Positions 27,039-39,760 of a stretch of 64,000 nucleotides of DNA are shown in pieces. A model generated the notes under the pieces. The model saw nothing but the letters and a program-made list of their open reading frames with translations. It had not been told where the DNA came from and did no database searches. The position numbers and the translations under genes are program-made. Location: NCBI RefSeq assembly GCF_006345805.1, contig NC_043016.1, positions 21,142,001 through 21,206,000 of the forward strand. Direction: 5' to 3'. Positions within the stretch are counted from its first letter, which is position 1; each line of letters opens with the position of its first letter. This stretch comes from Octopus sinensis (lineage: Eukaryota).

Positions 27039-29651
27039 CGGGAAGCTTTATGAAAATAAACAAAAGACGAAGGCAGGTGGAAAACAAACGAACAATTGTA
27101 TAGTATGGCGCTCAGGAAATATAAATAAAAACAAGTCTTTAACGTTTCGAGCCTACGCTCTTCAACAGAAAGATACACAGAGAGAGAGAAAAACACAGAA
27201 AGAAGGAGAGAAAAAATGCGTGCAGTAGCTAACGAATCAACATGGCGATCTGATTTCGGCCAGAGGTCAAAGATCAAACATGAGACGCGAGAGCGAAATA
27301 AGGGGAGATAATAGGGTTGAGGGACCAGCTAAAAGGTGCGTGGGAGGGGTCTGGATGTGTATGTATAGGGTTGGTGTATGTATTAGTATGTATAAGGGTG
27401 TGTGTGTGGTGTGTGTGTGTGTTATGAGAGAGTATCAGTGCGTGGGATTGGTCTGGACGTGCGTATGTATGGGGTGGGTGTATGTATTAGTATGTATTAG
27501 TAGTATTAGTACGTATTGGTATGTATAGAGTGTGTGTGTGGTGTGAGAGTGTGAGAGGAGTATAAGTGCGTATGCGGGGTGGACGTGTGTATGTATAGGG
27601 TTGGTGTAAGTATTAGTATGTACTAGTATGTATTAGTACGTATTAGTATGTATTAGTTGGTGTGTGTATTAGTATGGCACATCATATGTGATGTGATGTG
27701 TAAGTCATGTGGTTGTAGTGAGGAGAAAGAGGGGGAGGGGAGAAGAAGGGGAAGGGGGAAGAAGAGGGGGAGGGTGAGGGTGGAAGAGGGAGGATGGGGA
27801 GAAGGAAGGGGAGGAGAGGGATGGGAAGGAGGAAAGAGGGAGAGGGGAGAGAGAAGGGGAGAGAGGGGAGTGAGGGAGCAGAGGGAGAGGAAGGAGGGGG
27901 GAGGAAAGAGGGAAGAAGGGAAGGGGAAGTAGGGGTGAAAGGATGAAGGACTGAAGAAGTGGGGGTCGGACGGGGGGAGAAAGGATAGGTGAGGAGGGGG
28001 AGAGGGGGGTTAGATGAGGAAGGGGGGGAGAGTTGAGACCAAATGGCGTATAAGAGCGAAGAGAGAAGATTAATTCCTGTTCACGGCGCAAACGGGAATC
28101 CGGATGGCCTCTGTGTAAGGACAACCGAACACAGATAGGTGGTTGCAAGGAGTGACCGGTGGAGCGGAAATGGCGTGAGACCGGTTTGTGTCGTCGTCGC
28201 AAGGTGGATGTCACGAAGGGTTCCGCGAACCGGTCAGCCAAGCGGCGTCCCGTTTGTCCGATGTACAAGGAATTGCAGAGAGAGCAAGAGATGCAATAGA
28301 TAATATTGCTGGAGGTGCAGGTGAAGGAGTGGATGATGGGATAGGGTCGATGGTGGGTGCTAGTGAGGCGGGTGGTGTTGGAGAGGTAAGGGCAAGTGCG
28401 GCAACGTGGGCGGGAGCAGGGGGAACGGGAAGAGCGGGGTTGGGAGGGGGGTAGGGTCAGGGAAGGAGCTATGGACCAAAAGGTCTCGAAGGTTGTGGGC
28501 TCGTTTGAAAGAGGGGAGGGGTCGGTTAGGGAAGAGGTGTGAAGTGGACGGGTTGGACTGGAGACGACGGAAAGCTCGAAGAATGGTGCGTTGGAGACGT
28601 AGGGTCGTGGGGTGGTAAGTGAGGGGAAAAAGGGAGGCGGGAGAGCCTACAGGCGCGGGTTCGGGGAGAGAGAGCAGATACACGGTCCACGGACCGTGCT
28701 CTGGCAAGGGCGGTGTGGATAGTGGTGAGGGGGGTATCCACGTAGGGTGAAGTGGTGAGCCATACGTTGAGACTGAGTCTCAAAGTCATGGTCGTCACTA
28801 CAGAGCCTACGTAGACAGACGGAGGAATTGGGAATAGGGGATGGAAAGTGGTGTGTTCTGGGTGGGAGGAAGAGAAGTTGAGGTATGAGTGTGAGTCTGT
28901 GTGTTTGTAGTGAATGGAGGTGGTAAGAGTGGAGTCAAGAATGCTAACCGAAATGTCGAGGAAGGAGACAGAGGTGTTGGAGATAGTGGAAGTGAAGTGG
29001 AGGGCTGGATGGAAAGATTGGACGAAAGAGAGGAAGGAATCTAGATGTTCGCGGGGAGAGTGAGGTGGCACCGATAATGTCGTCAATATAACGACCATAT
29101 AGTTCAGGAGTGGGACCAGTGAAAGTAGAGAATATTTGGGCCTCAACATAGCCAACGAACAGGTTCGCATAGTTGGGGCCCATTCGCGTTCCCATGGCCA
29201 CTCCCGAGACCTGATGGTAGAACTCGCCCGCGAACGAGGAAGCAGTTCAGAGTAAGGACAAGTTCGGCCAGACGAATGAGTGTGGAGGTGTCAGGTACAG
29301 GGTTAGAGGCGGAGGTCAAGAAAGTGTCGAAGGGCCTGCAGTCCTTCGTGGTGAGGGATAACAGTATAGAGGCTTTGGATGTCCATAGTAAAAAGGATTT
29401 TGGAGGAGCCGGGAGGAAAGGAGAAAGAGATTGAAAAGCCGGAGAGCATGGTTGGTATCGTGGATGTGGGAGGGAAGAGATGCCACTAGGGGGGCAAGGA
29501 CACGGTCGAGGTTTAGAGATGAGCTCCGTGGGGCAGTTAAGGCGGAGACGATGGGGCGGCCAGGGTTGTTGGTTTGTGGATTTTGGGGAGGAAGTAAATG
29601 GTGGGGGTACGTGGGGTTCGCACAATTAGGTTGGATGCGGTGCGGGGGAGA
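27039..29651 (-). mobile_element. Penelope-like retroelement (RT + GIY-YIG), frameshifted and 5'-truncated
   Basis: AMGTRMGPNYANLFVGYVE..YGRYIDDI and YIGQTGRRLADRF; purine-rich 3' region; terminal hammerhead-like motif. Confidence 0.9.
27136..27173 (-). ncRNA. Minimal hammerhead-like motif at the 3' end of a Penelope element
   Basis: TCTTT-CTGTTGA-A-GAGC-GTAG-GCTC-GAAAC-GTT-AAAGA; the core is a variant, CUGUUGA. Confidence 0.55.
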
Positions 29652-29899
29652 CGGGAATATAATATATACATATATATAATATATATGTACACACACTTAT
29701 ATATTTATATACTGATATATGAAAAAGATGTTTATTCACTTGACTGGTTTCACTTTTTTAGAAAGATATTGTCAAAAGTAAAATGTAAAGCTTTGTATAA
29801 GCTTTGTTGTGTTAAGTACTGGTTGTCACAAAAGTATTAAAATACATATATACATTCTTTGGTAATAATTAAAAAATGATAAAAAACAGTTTACAAGGA

Positions 29900-32800
29900 A
29901 ATATCTGAGAAAATATTAAACAAAAAAGTATTAGGAGTTCAATAAAAATCATGTTTGTTTGAAAGTATCTATATACATACACAGAAAAAGTATTAAGAGT
30001 TCATTAAAATCCTTGATGGTTTGGTAGTATATATATACACAGAAGGAGATATATTTAGGAGTTTACAAAGAAATTAAGATGAACCAACCTGTTTTAGCAT
30101 TCTTTATCTTGTGTGAAGCTAAGGGTTGTGTGTTTTAAGGGACAGTGTGGGAGGTTGGTTGGGGTTGGGAAAAGGAAGAGCAGTGTGGAATTGAAAGGAT
30201 ATTTTTGTTTCTGGGCTAGTCTGTCATGATTCAGTGGTTTTTGGGACTGGTCTTAGAGGTCAGAATGGTGTGAGTGTGTGTGTCTCTGTGTACGTCTCTA
30301 TGTGTGTGTATAAACATATGTTTGTGTGTGTGGGCCGTTTTTGATTGGTCCCAGAGTTTACTGTGGTGTGTGTAAATGTGTCTGTGTGTGTATTTATATT
30401 TGGTAGGACGGTGTTTGTATATTTGTGCAGGTTTGTGTGTGTGTATGTGTGTGATAAATATTTGTTAGGGTGTTGTGTGTGCGCATGTGTGTATGTGTTT
30501 GTGTGTGTGTATGTGTACGTCTGTGGGTGCATGTGTATGCTTGTGTTTTTTTTTGTGTAGGGGATGTTATGTGTGTGTTTGTGTGTGTGTACGTGTGTGT
30601 ATGTGTTGTGTCTGTCTGAGTACGTTTGTGTTTATCTGGGTGGTGTGTATGTGTGTGCATGTGTGTATGTTGGTACTGAGTATGCGTTTGTGTGTATATA
30701 TGTGGGTATGGTTTATGTAGTTTTCGGGTGTGTGTGCTGCATTTGTGAGTGGTTTGTTTTGTTTGTATTGTTAGTGCAGTGTGTATGTGTGGGTGTGTTT
30801 GTTTGAGTGTGTCTATGTGTCTTGTATTTGTCAGGGAGGTGTGTGTAGGTGTGTGCATGTACATGTTTACATATGTGTGTATGTGTGTGTGAGTGATGGT
30901 TATGGTTGCTAGAATCATATTACAAGTGTATATATGTATGTGTTTTCTTGGAATGTGTGTGGGTTTGTGCCCTAGTGTGGGGATATTTTGTTTCTATGTG
31001 TGTGTGTTTGCATCAGAGGGTTGCATTGTTTTTGTGTGTGTGTGATTTTGTATATCTGTATATGTTTCTGTGTGTGTTTGTTTTGGATGTGTACCTGGGA
31101 GGTATGTTAGAGTATGTTGAGTTGTGGTCTGTATTTTTGAATAAGATTATTTTCCCTATTTATTTGAGTTTGGTCAGTGGTGTTGTCCGGGCATTGGTAT
31201 AGTGGGAAAACTAGGAATTTGGGGGACTTTTTGTGTGCACAGAGATCTAAATGGTATCTGTCTTGTGGTAGGATCCCTAAATTGTTGGTGGTGAACTCTA
31301 ATCCTTTCTCTGAGGGTAAGGCTTGTTTGCCCTATGTAATCTTTGTGGCACCCTTCACACCTTATGGCATAAAGTAAATTCTTTGATGCGCAGGTGAAGT
31401 TATTTTTTATGACAAAAGTGTGTCCCGACTGGAATTTGTACATTGTTCCTTCAATGAGGTGGATGCAAGTTCTGCAGTTGGAATGACCATATTTTTTTAT
31501 GGTGGGCGGTGGGATTGTGTTGGGTAAAGGGATTTGGGTTGTCTTTTGCTTTTTATTATTTTATAGGTTGTGAGCACTGTTTTTAGATGTTGTCTTGATT
31601 CAGTTGTGGATGTTCTTGTATATAATTGTGTAAGCTTCTGCATTTCTTGGATAGTGTGTTGAGAAACAGGGGAGACTATTTACTGTACCATGAGTGCTGG
31701 GTAATGTCTTTCGTGAAGAATTGCTTTTAGTTCTTGGAGTCTTTTATTTCATGTTCTATGATTTGAGACAATTATGCAGATTCTTCTTACTAGGTTGAAG
31801 GAGATGTTTGTCTTCGTGTGCTTTTGGTGATTGGAAGTGAACAGAAGGTATTGTTTGGAATCAGTTGGTTTGTAGTGGATATCAGTTTCAATGTTGGTGC
31901 CTTTTTTAATAATAAGAATGTCTAGAAAAGGAAGTTTAGCTTGACTATATTCCATTGTAAATTGGATATAATTGTTGACACTGTTGATTAGGTTTTTGAA
32001 GTCAATAAGTCGGTCAAGTGTGTGGGACCATAGGATGAGGCAATCATCCAAGTAGCATTTCCAATTCTCCAACAAGTATTTGTGGAAAGACAGGCCATAC
32101 TTATATTTGTATTTTTCATAAATTTGTAATTCTAGGTAGGCCATCACCAGGTCTGCATAAGTAGGGGCAACTTTAGTACCCATTGCAGTCCCTGATACCT
32201 GTCTGTAGGTGTTATTATTAAAATTAATAAAGTTGTTTTGGAAAATAAACTTAAGGCCCTCGATGATGAATTCTTTTTTTATTCTTTCTAGGACCTCATT
32301 GGGATATTTTTCTTGCCAGAATTTAATGGCTTCCAGTCTATGTTCATGTGGGATCGTCGTGCAAATGTTTATTACATCAAAGGAAACAATTGAAATGTCT
32401 TTAATGGTATGTTTGGGGAGATGGTTTAATAGGTCCAGGTCATCTCTTATAATACTTGGTATGTGTTTAAGTATTGGTTTTAAGAGGCTATCGATAAAGT
32501 TGCTTAATCTGTGTGTTTCCCAGTTTGGGTCTGCCACAATTGGTCTCAGTTTGAGATCAGTGGAATGTGGTACAGTGATGCAGGTTGAAGTGGACTTTTA
32601 GCAAGCTTCAGTAATTATTTTGCGCTTGTGGACTTTTGGAAGCTCGTAGAGGATGCTGGTTTTGCAATTAAAGTTTGTTAGGTAGTCGCATTCCTTTGCT
32701 GTTAAGTTATTTCAATGTTGGCAAATGTGTTTAATTTGGTCATTGTTTTGGATTGTTGGTAGTTGACTACTCTTTCATAGTAGGTAGTATCTTGTAAAAG

Positions 32801-33450
32801 GTAAGATACAGAATAGTTATACTGTTCAGTATCCATAATGATGACAGTACTACCCTTATCTGCTTCCTTGATTGTGATGTCATGATTGTTTTGTAACTCA
32901 TAGACGATTTCCCATTCCCTTTTACTGGTGTTGGGTTTGGGTTTAGGTTGTGGAAGTTCACTATAAGGCAAGTTTGAAATGTAGTCACAAAATTTGTCCA
33001 AAGTTTTGTTTCTGCCTTTTGTGGGATTATAACTGCTTTTGTTACGAACCATTGCACGGTGGATTTTGAAAATCTATAACGTGTAAACACGAGGCATGTT
33101 CTGTATTGCCTCATCTTTATATGTTAATCTTGGCTTTCCTACTGACAAGAGCTTCACCAAGTAAATTATTTTATTTGCTGAAGATAACTTGAAACCATGG
33201 TATAGGAAATAGAGGGTAAATGTTTTTATTTTTCATTCTCTTTCGAAATTACCCCTAATAGTGGTTTGGAGTTTAACTACTCCTTCAAGCGGATCAGATG
33301 CCCTGTTATGGCCATCTCTTATGTGTTAAAATGTACACTGTATTTTTATATGAATAATATATAGTCTATTGACTAGTTATTTTCTTCTCGCTAGACCACT
33401 GGTAGCAAAGGAATTTTCTTAATTTATTTTGCTACCCTGGAATTTATTAA
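29900..33450 (-). mobile_element. Second family of Penelope-like element (RT 31749-32537, GIY-YIG 31174-31443)
   Basis: IKEADKGS, GTAMGTKVAPTYADL, YLDD, YKPTDSKQYL and LLYAIRC..YIGQTSLTLRER; (CA)-rich 3' region. Ends approximate. Confidence 0.88.
30260..31100. repeat. Degenerate (TG)n low-complexity tract
   Basis: Direct reading; lies in the 3' region of the Penelope element. Confidence 0.85.
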
Positions 33451-33476
33451 TATTATAAATATATATATATATGTAG

Positions 33477-33511
<35 letters not shown>

Positions 33512-34350
33512 ACACACACACACACATATATAATGAGACTATACATATATATAGACATATATATATATCATCATCATCATCATCATTGTTTAATGTCTGC
33601 TTTCCACGCTGGCATGGGTTGGATGGTTTGACTGATGACTGGTAAGCCAGAGGCTGCCCCAGCCTCAATCTGATCTGGCAAAGTTTCTACAGCTGGATGT
33701 TTTTCCTAATGACAACCACTCCGAGAGTGTAGTGGGTGCCTTTACGTGCCACCGGCACAAGGGCCAATCAGGTGGTTCTGGCAATGACCACGCTCAAGAG
33801 AAGTTTTTTATGTGCTACCTGCACAGGACCCAGTCTGTGGCACTGGCAGCAAAAACTTGCAAATGTTGTGTTTCACATGCCACCAGCACATGTACCAGTA
33901 AGGCGACACTGGCAACGATCATGCTTGAATGGTGCTTTTCATGTGTCACCGGCATGGGAGCCAATCTGTGGCCCTGGCAATGATCATGCTATAGACATAT
34001 ATACATGTGTGTGTGTGTGTTGTGACTATATATATATACATATATATACATATATGTTTATATATATATATGTCTATATATACATATATGTTTATATATA
34101 TATATATGTCTATATATATGCTTATGTATATATCATTATCATCATCATCATCATCGTTTAACGTCCGCTTTCCATGCCAGCATGGGTTGGACGATTTGAC
34201 TGAGGACTGGCAAACCAGATGGCTGCACCAGGCTCCAATCTTGATCTGGCAGAGTTTCTACAGCTGGATGCCCTTCTTAACACCAACACACAGTGGGTGC
34301 CACCGGCATGAGGGCCAGTCAGGAGGTACTGGCAATAGCCATGCTCAAGT

Positions 34351-34450
34351 NNNNNNNNNNNNNNNNNNNNNNNNNNNNNNNNNNNNNNNNNNNNNNNNNN
34401 NNNNNNNNNNNNNNNNNNNNNNNNNNNNNNNNNNNNNNNNNNNNNNNNNN
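34351..34450. other. Assembly gap (100 N)
   Basis: Run of N. Confidence 1.
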
Positions 34451-34714
34451 GCTCCATGACCTCTATTTTTCAGGAGCAAATCCTTTTAACAGGTTCTATA
34501 AGACTGGAATTTTGGAATATGCGCATAAAATCAGTAGCATGGGATATATGTGCACGATTACAATTTTTTAGGGTGTGTAAAGATGGAAATAACCCTCATC
34601 TGCAATTTTGATGAAATTCAAAACATAGGTATCCAGTTCATTACAAAAAATATAACAGAAAAGTCTAATTCTTCAATTGCATGTAACACGGGCAACACCA
34701 GGTATCTCTGCTAG
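34451..34714 (+). mobile_element. Possible non-autonomous Helitron 3' end
   Basis: GC-rich imperfect hairpin ACGGGCAACACCAGGT shortly before CTAG|T; the 5' part is lost in the gap. Confidence 0.4.
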
Positions 34715-35184
34715 TAGACATATATATATATATATATATACTACTATAATCATTTCTTAAATATAGCAGCGTAACATGTGTCGTTTTCCTACCTATTATA
34801 ACATTTTTATTATTTTTGTAATTACGTTTTATTGTTATTTTAATTTTAACTTTTCTATTATATGTAATTTTCTAGATGGTGTAATTTAATTATTCATTTT
34901 GAATTGATAAAAGGTGGTTTTTTTCCTAATATTTTATATATATAAAGACATATGTAGAGACATATATATATATATATATAGACATATATATAGATATATA
35001 GACACACACACATATATATAGACCTCTATATATATAGACATAAATATATATTTAAACACAAGAGAAACTACCTTTAACAGGTACTTTTACATGCTAGAAA
35101 AAGCAGTCAAAACAGCCAAGACCACATTTAAGAGCAATTTCAAATGGAATGAAAAATAAAAACTTTTACCTTGTTATTTTTTTA

Positions 35185-35257
35185 CAGTTATACCTAGGTT
35201 TCGAATTTTATTTGGCAAATAAAATAATTTGCTAGGTGAAATTCTCATGAGTAATTG
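35185..35257 (-). ncRNA. Degenerate hammerhead motif
   Basis: CAATTA-CTCATGA-GAATTT..AAATTC-GAAAC-CTAG-GTA-TAACTG; the core has G5>C. Confidence 0.6.
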
Positions 35258-35639
35258 CACCATAACATTAAAATATAATTTAGAGACAAATAACACGTCT
35301 CATCATTATATATTATAATTTTTCAAATTCATCATCCAAGCACAGTTTCAGTCGACAGAAAATGCAAAATACCAAACTGGTCTTCAAAATGCTAAAATCA
35401 TATACGTAAATGTGGTTTTGGTCGTTTTGACTGCTCCTTCTAGCGTGTAAAACTACTGTTAAAGGTAGTTTCTCTTGTGTTTAAATGTACACTATTTTAT
35501 ATTGAGAATATGTTGTCTATTGACTTTTTATACATGCTAGGCCACTGGTAGTGAAATTTCTATAAAAACTTGCTACCAGATATATTTTACATATATGATT
35601 TTAGCATTTTCAAAATCAGTTCAGTATTTTTCATTTGCT

Positions 35640-36130
35640 ACTGAAACCGCACTTTTATGCAAATGGATATTACTATTACTCTTCTATAAATCCCATCCTC
35701 CTAAATAAGGCACTCATGTTTGTTAGAAACAACCCTGAACTAACTAGAGAAGAGATAGGCATTATCTTAGTGGTTAGAAAATGAGTTATCAAATTTGAAG
35801 ATAAGTACTGGGTTAGAAAGGAGAAACTGGAGATGTTCAATATTACTATGGGATCAACAGACTCCGCACAAGTTAGGGACTTAGTAGGAATCTTCTAACT
35901 ATTTAGCATAAACAGAGAATTCCCTGAAATAGGAGGGGATCTATACAAGGATGATGCACTTTTCACCCTGGATAACCCCTCAGACACAGAGATAGCAGTA
36001 AATAAGGACCCTGATGAAATTGTACATCTAACAGAGAACAGTTGATGCAGCTGAAATATACGTAGGTCCAGAAAGAATGCTGTAAATAACTGTGTAATAA
36101 AATTACAGATGTGGAAAAACTCTGTTTTCC
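35640..36130 (+). mobile_element. Penelope-like (Naiad-type) RT remnant
   Basis: Translates FNITMGSTDSAQVRDLVGIF*...GDLYKDDAL, resembling the VTMGSxDGAExCELVG..GLYRDD pattern. Confidence 0.6.
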
Positions 36131-36139
36131 TTATCATTA

Positions 36140-36179
<40 letters not shown>

Positions 36180-36603
36180 AGGCACAGGTGGGGCAAGAAA
36201 CTTGCTTCCCAAACTACATGGTTCCGGGTTCAGTTCCACTGCATGGCAGCTTGGCCAAATGTCTTCTACTATAGCCTCAAGCTGACCAAAGCCTTGTGAG
36301 TTGATTTGATTGATGGAAACTGAAAGAAGCCTGTTGTATATATAAGTACATGTTTGTCCCCTACCATTGCTTGACAACTGATGTTGGTGTGTTTATGTCC
36401 CTGTGACTGAGCAGTTTGGCAAAAGAGACTGATAAAATAAGTACTAGGCTTATGAAGAATAAATCCTAGGGTCAATTTCTTCAAATAAAAAACCCTTTAA
36501 AGCAGTGCTTCAGAATGGCTGCAGTCAAATGACTGAAATAAAAGAATATATATATAGGAAGAAAAAAGGAATTAAAAGATACACACATATACATATATGT
36601 ATG

Positions 36604-36959
36604 CAGTGGCGGACTGGCCAAGTTGCCAGCTTGCCCGATGGCAAGTGGGCCCCTGTACCATTAGAATCCATATATGGGGGGATCCATGTTAGTATCTAAG
36701 GGGCCCATCCCCTCAAGTTTCAAAATTTTTTATTCACTGCTGGAAAAATGCATTATTTCAGCCTGGGTGTGTTTGTAGACAGTTGAAAAGAATACTTTTA
36801 ACAGAAAAAAAAAATTAAATGATAGCTTTATAGTTACAGGTAGGCCCCCTTGTAGTTGAAGGTGGGCCCACTTGTAGTTGCAGGTGGGCCTACTTGTGGT
36901 TGTGGGTGGGCCCCCTTAGTCTCCTGGCAACCAATATTTTTAGACACAGTCTGCCACTG
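36604..36959. mobile_element. hAT-like MITE
   Basis: TIR CAGTGGCGGACTG / CAGTCTGCCACTG; 8-bp flanking duplication TATGTATG; subterminal GGGCCC repeats. Confidence 0.8.
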
Positions 36960-39276
36960 TATGTATGTATATAAATTGTTACAAAGAAAATACGATGACT
37001 GAAATAAAACTGAACTAAAAGAAAGATATAGATAAGGAAATAATTTATTCTCAAATGCAGAATAATGCTGATAGAACAGCAGGATCAGGATAAAATATCC
37101 ATATTTTGTGGAAAAATTTGTCAACAGCCAGCCATGAGACTCGAACTCATGTGATTACCGGTCAAATGCTTTACCATTAAGCTAAACTGCCCGCTGACAA
37201 GTTGATTCACAATTTTTGAACTTATAAATCTAGCTTTATAAGATGCTGTATGTTAAATTCAAATTATGTATGTTAAATTCAAAGTTTGTTTCAATACATC
37301 TCAGTGCTTCTAAAAGCAAACTTTGTTTACATTTATCGTAATTTGAATTAAAAGAGTTTTTGACAATTTTTATAAAACATTTTTTGTTCAAATTAAGTAG
37401 TTAAAAAAAGTTAATTTGCACAGTTAACAACATATATTTACAGTCATATGCACACACTAAACCAAGTAAAATATCAACTTTATGAATTTATAACAGTTGC
37501 CCCATTTGGGAAAAAAAAATCGTATTTTTAATTGGTTTAAATTGTCACTTCAGAAATATCTTCGCATTTAAAAATTCTTTAAATCTTGAAATTATTCACT
37601 CTTTTAAATTAATAAAAATAAATTGAAATATTTTATGTAATAAATCATTAAGGAGAGACATACTCTTGCAATGATGAGATGTAGATTCAGACATCTAAAT
37701 TCTAAAATGGATATGAATATAAGTTTAATAGCTGGTGTTATTAGTGTTATGTACACTAGCAAATTACATACAACAGTACATTATATTTTGTTATGTTTTC
37801 TATTTCTTTCTTTTAAATATCATAAATAGATACTTTTTCTAGACTCTTGCAGTTTTATGCATTCATTTACATATTATCCCATTAGTGTACAGTTATACAA
37901 TTGTAATACTAGAAAATATTTTCAAATCCAATTCTTATGATTAGAAATTTATTTCAATATTCTCTCATTTTTTAATTATTGTTACCTGCTACTTTTGTTT
38001 CTCAATCAATGTCTCCCCCGCCCCTACTCAGAATAGAAAAAGTTTTAAGGCAATTAAGGTGACATATCACAGTCTGTAAAATTCGGGCAGTAAGTTGATA
38101 TATAAGGTAAAAAACTGAAACAAGCTCTTACAATCATGAAATATAAAATACATAATGATCAAATATAAAACAAGGTTTATTCATATACAAAATATCTGGT
38201 ATGATATGAAGTGACAATATAAAACATTTAAATTGTAGGACATAATAACACACTTAGATTCATCCATACCTCTAGTGTTAAAGTAACTGCATGGAGGAAA
38301 TATAACATCGGAGCAAAAATCTTGGAAATTTTTGCCTTTTACTTTTCTATCATTTTTAGGCAGAAATGAAAAAAAAAAGTCAATTCATAACACAGATAGA
38401 GGAGCATAATGTATGTATCTACATGCAAATATAAACAATTTGCTCAAGACAGTTGCTCATATACAAGTCTTAGGTAACATGAAAAGTTAACTATCATTAA
38501 TCAATAATAATCATCAGAATTCAAGAACTTGTAGTAGTCTAACACACAGCAATACATCACAATTTTCAGTTTCTGCTCTAAAAACATCAGTAAAACACCA
38601 ATTTGAACCAGCTAAGAAACACAAATCAATGTTATTATGGAAAACAACTGGCACTTCACTACATATTATAAGATAATGGCAGATGGTAAAATGGATAGTA
38701 AAAAGAATTTATGGATTGAAGAGGAGAAATGTTATTATGAATCTATTAAACATTATATTGCTTTGTAGGTGGAAAGAGATTTTTTTAACGAAAATATTTC
38801 ACAGAATTCAAACTATCATTATCAGCATGGCAGTGAGCAGGCACAATCAGCACATTGGACAAAATGCTTAGTGGCTTCTCTTCTAGCTTTACATTCTGAG
38901 TTCAGTTTCCAGAGGTTGACGTTGCTGTTCATCTTGGGATTGATAAAATAAGTACCATTTAAGCATTGGGGTCAATGTAATAAACTTACTATATCCCCTA
39001 AAATTACTGACCTTGTGCCAAAATTTGAATCTGTTATTATCATCATCTATAGATTTTGATAATTTATAAAGATTGATGTAACTCTTCATGAAGGTAAATA
39101 AACAATCTCTATTACAAATCACATCGTACTCTTCTTATTGTTATTTACGAAGATTCATTTAATTCTTTACGAAGGTAAATACACAATTAGAAGAGCATGA
39201 GGTGTAACAAAATACAGCTTTACTATGTTTTTAGAACAATATTTCAACACTATGTCTCTTCCTCAAGTTAAAAATC

Positions 39277-39760
39277 TTGTTGGCTGCACATAAAAAAAAA
39301 AAAAATGGCCATAAATATAATGTCAGGAACTATAACACTGTTTCGATGGAACTTGCTGAGCATGTCACTACAAACGATTGTAACTTTAATGAACAACTTA
39401 AATTACACATTCCTAGAAAATATTCTGTCTCTACCAAACTTTCAATCCTCAAAACATGTGAAGATAAATATATTTGTGAGTTATTTGTGTCATATTCTAA
39501 GGGGATGAACAAAATTACAGAATTCCATTAGACTTATACAAAACATTTGATAACAGTTCTTTCCTTTTTTTTACTTTTTTCTTGTTTAAACCAGTTATGG
39601 ACAAATGAAACTTGAAGTCTTTTTGTGTCTAGGAAGAAGCATAGTATATATAGTCCAGCTAAATATTTGTGTATCATAATTTTTCATCATTCTTGACTCA
39701 TTTTGAATCTGAGGAAGACAGATGTGCTGTTGAAATATTGTTCAATAAATAAAGTCAATC
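39277..39760 (+). mobile_element. Penelope 3' remnant (GIY-YIG C-terminus plus hammerhead)
   Basis: HKYNV..ELAEHV..EDKYICEL..GMN resembles the PLE GIY-YIG tail; a hammerhead motif follows. Confidence 0.5.
39703..39745 (+). ncRNA. Minimal hammerhead motif downstream of a GIY-YIG remnant
   Basis: TTGAAT-CTGAGGA-A-GACAG-ATGTG-CTGTT-GAAAT-ATT-GTTCAA, followed by AATAAA. Confidence 0.55.

Noticed and set aside
29725-29760. GAAAC-CAGTC half-motif at the 3' end of the second Penelope
   Set aside because: No matching CTGANGA found upstream on that strand.
30260-31202. H/T- and C/V-rich ORFs
   Set aside because: Translations of a degenerate (TG)n tract.
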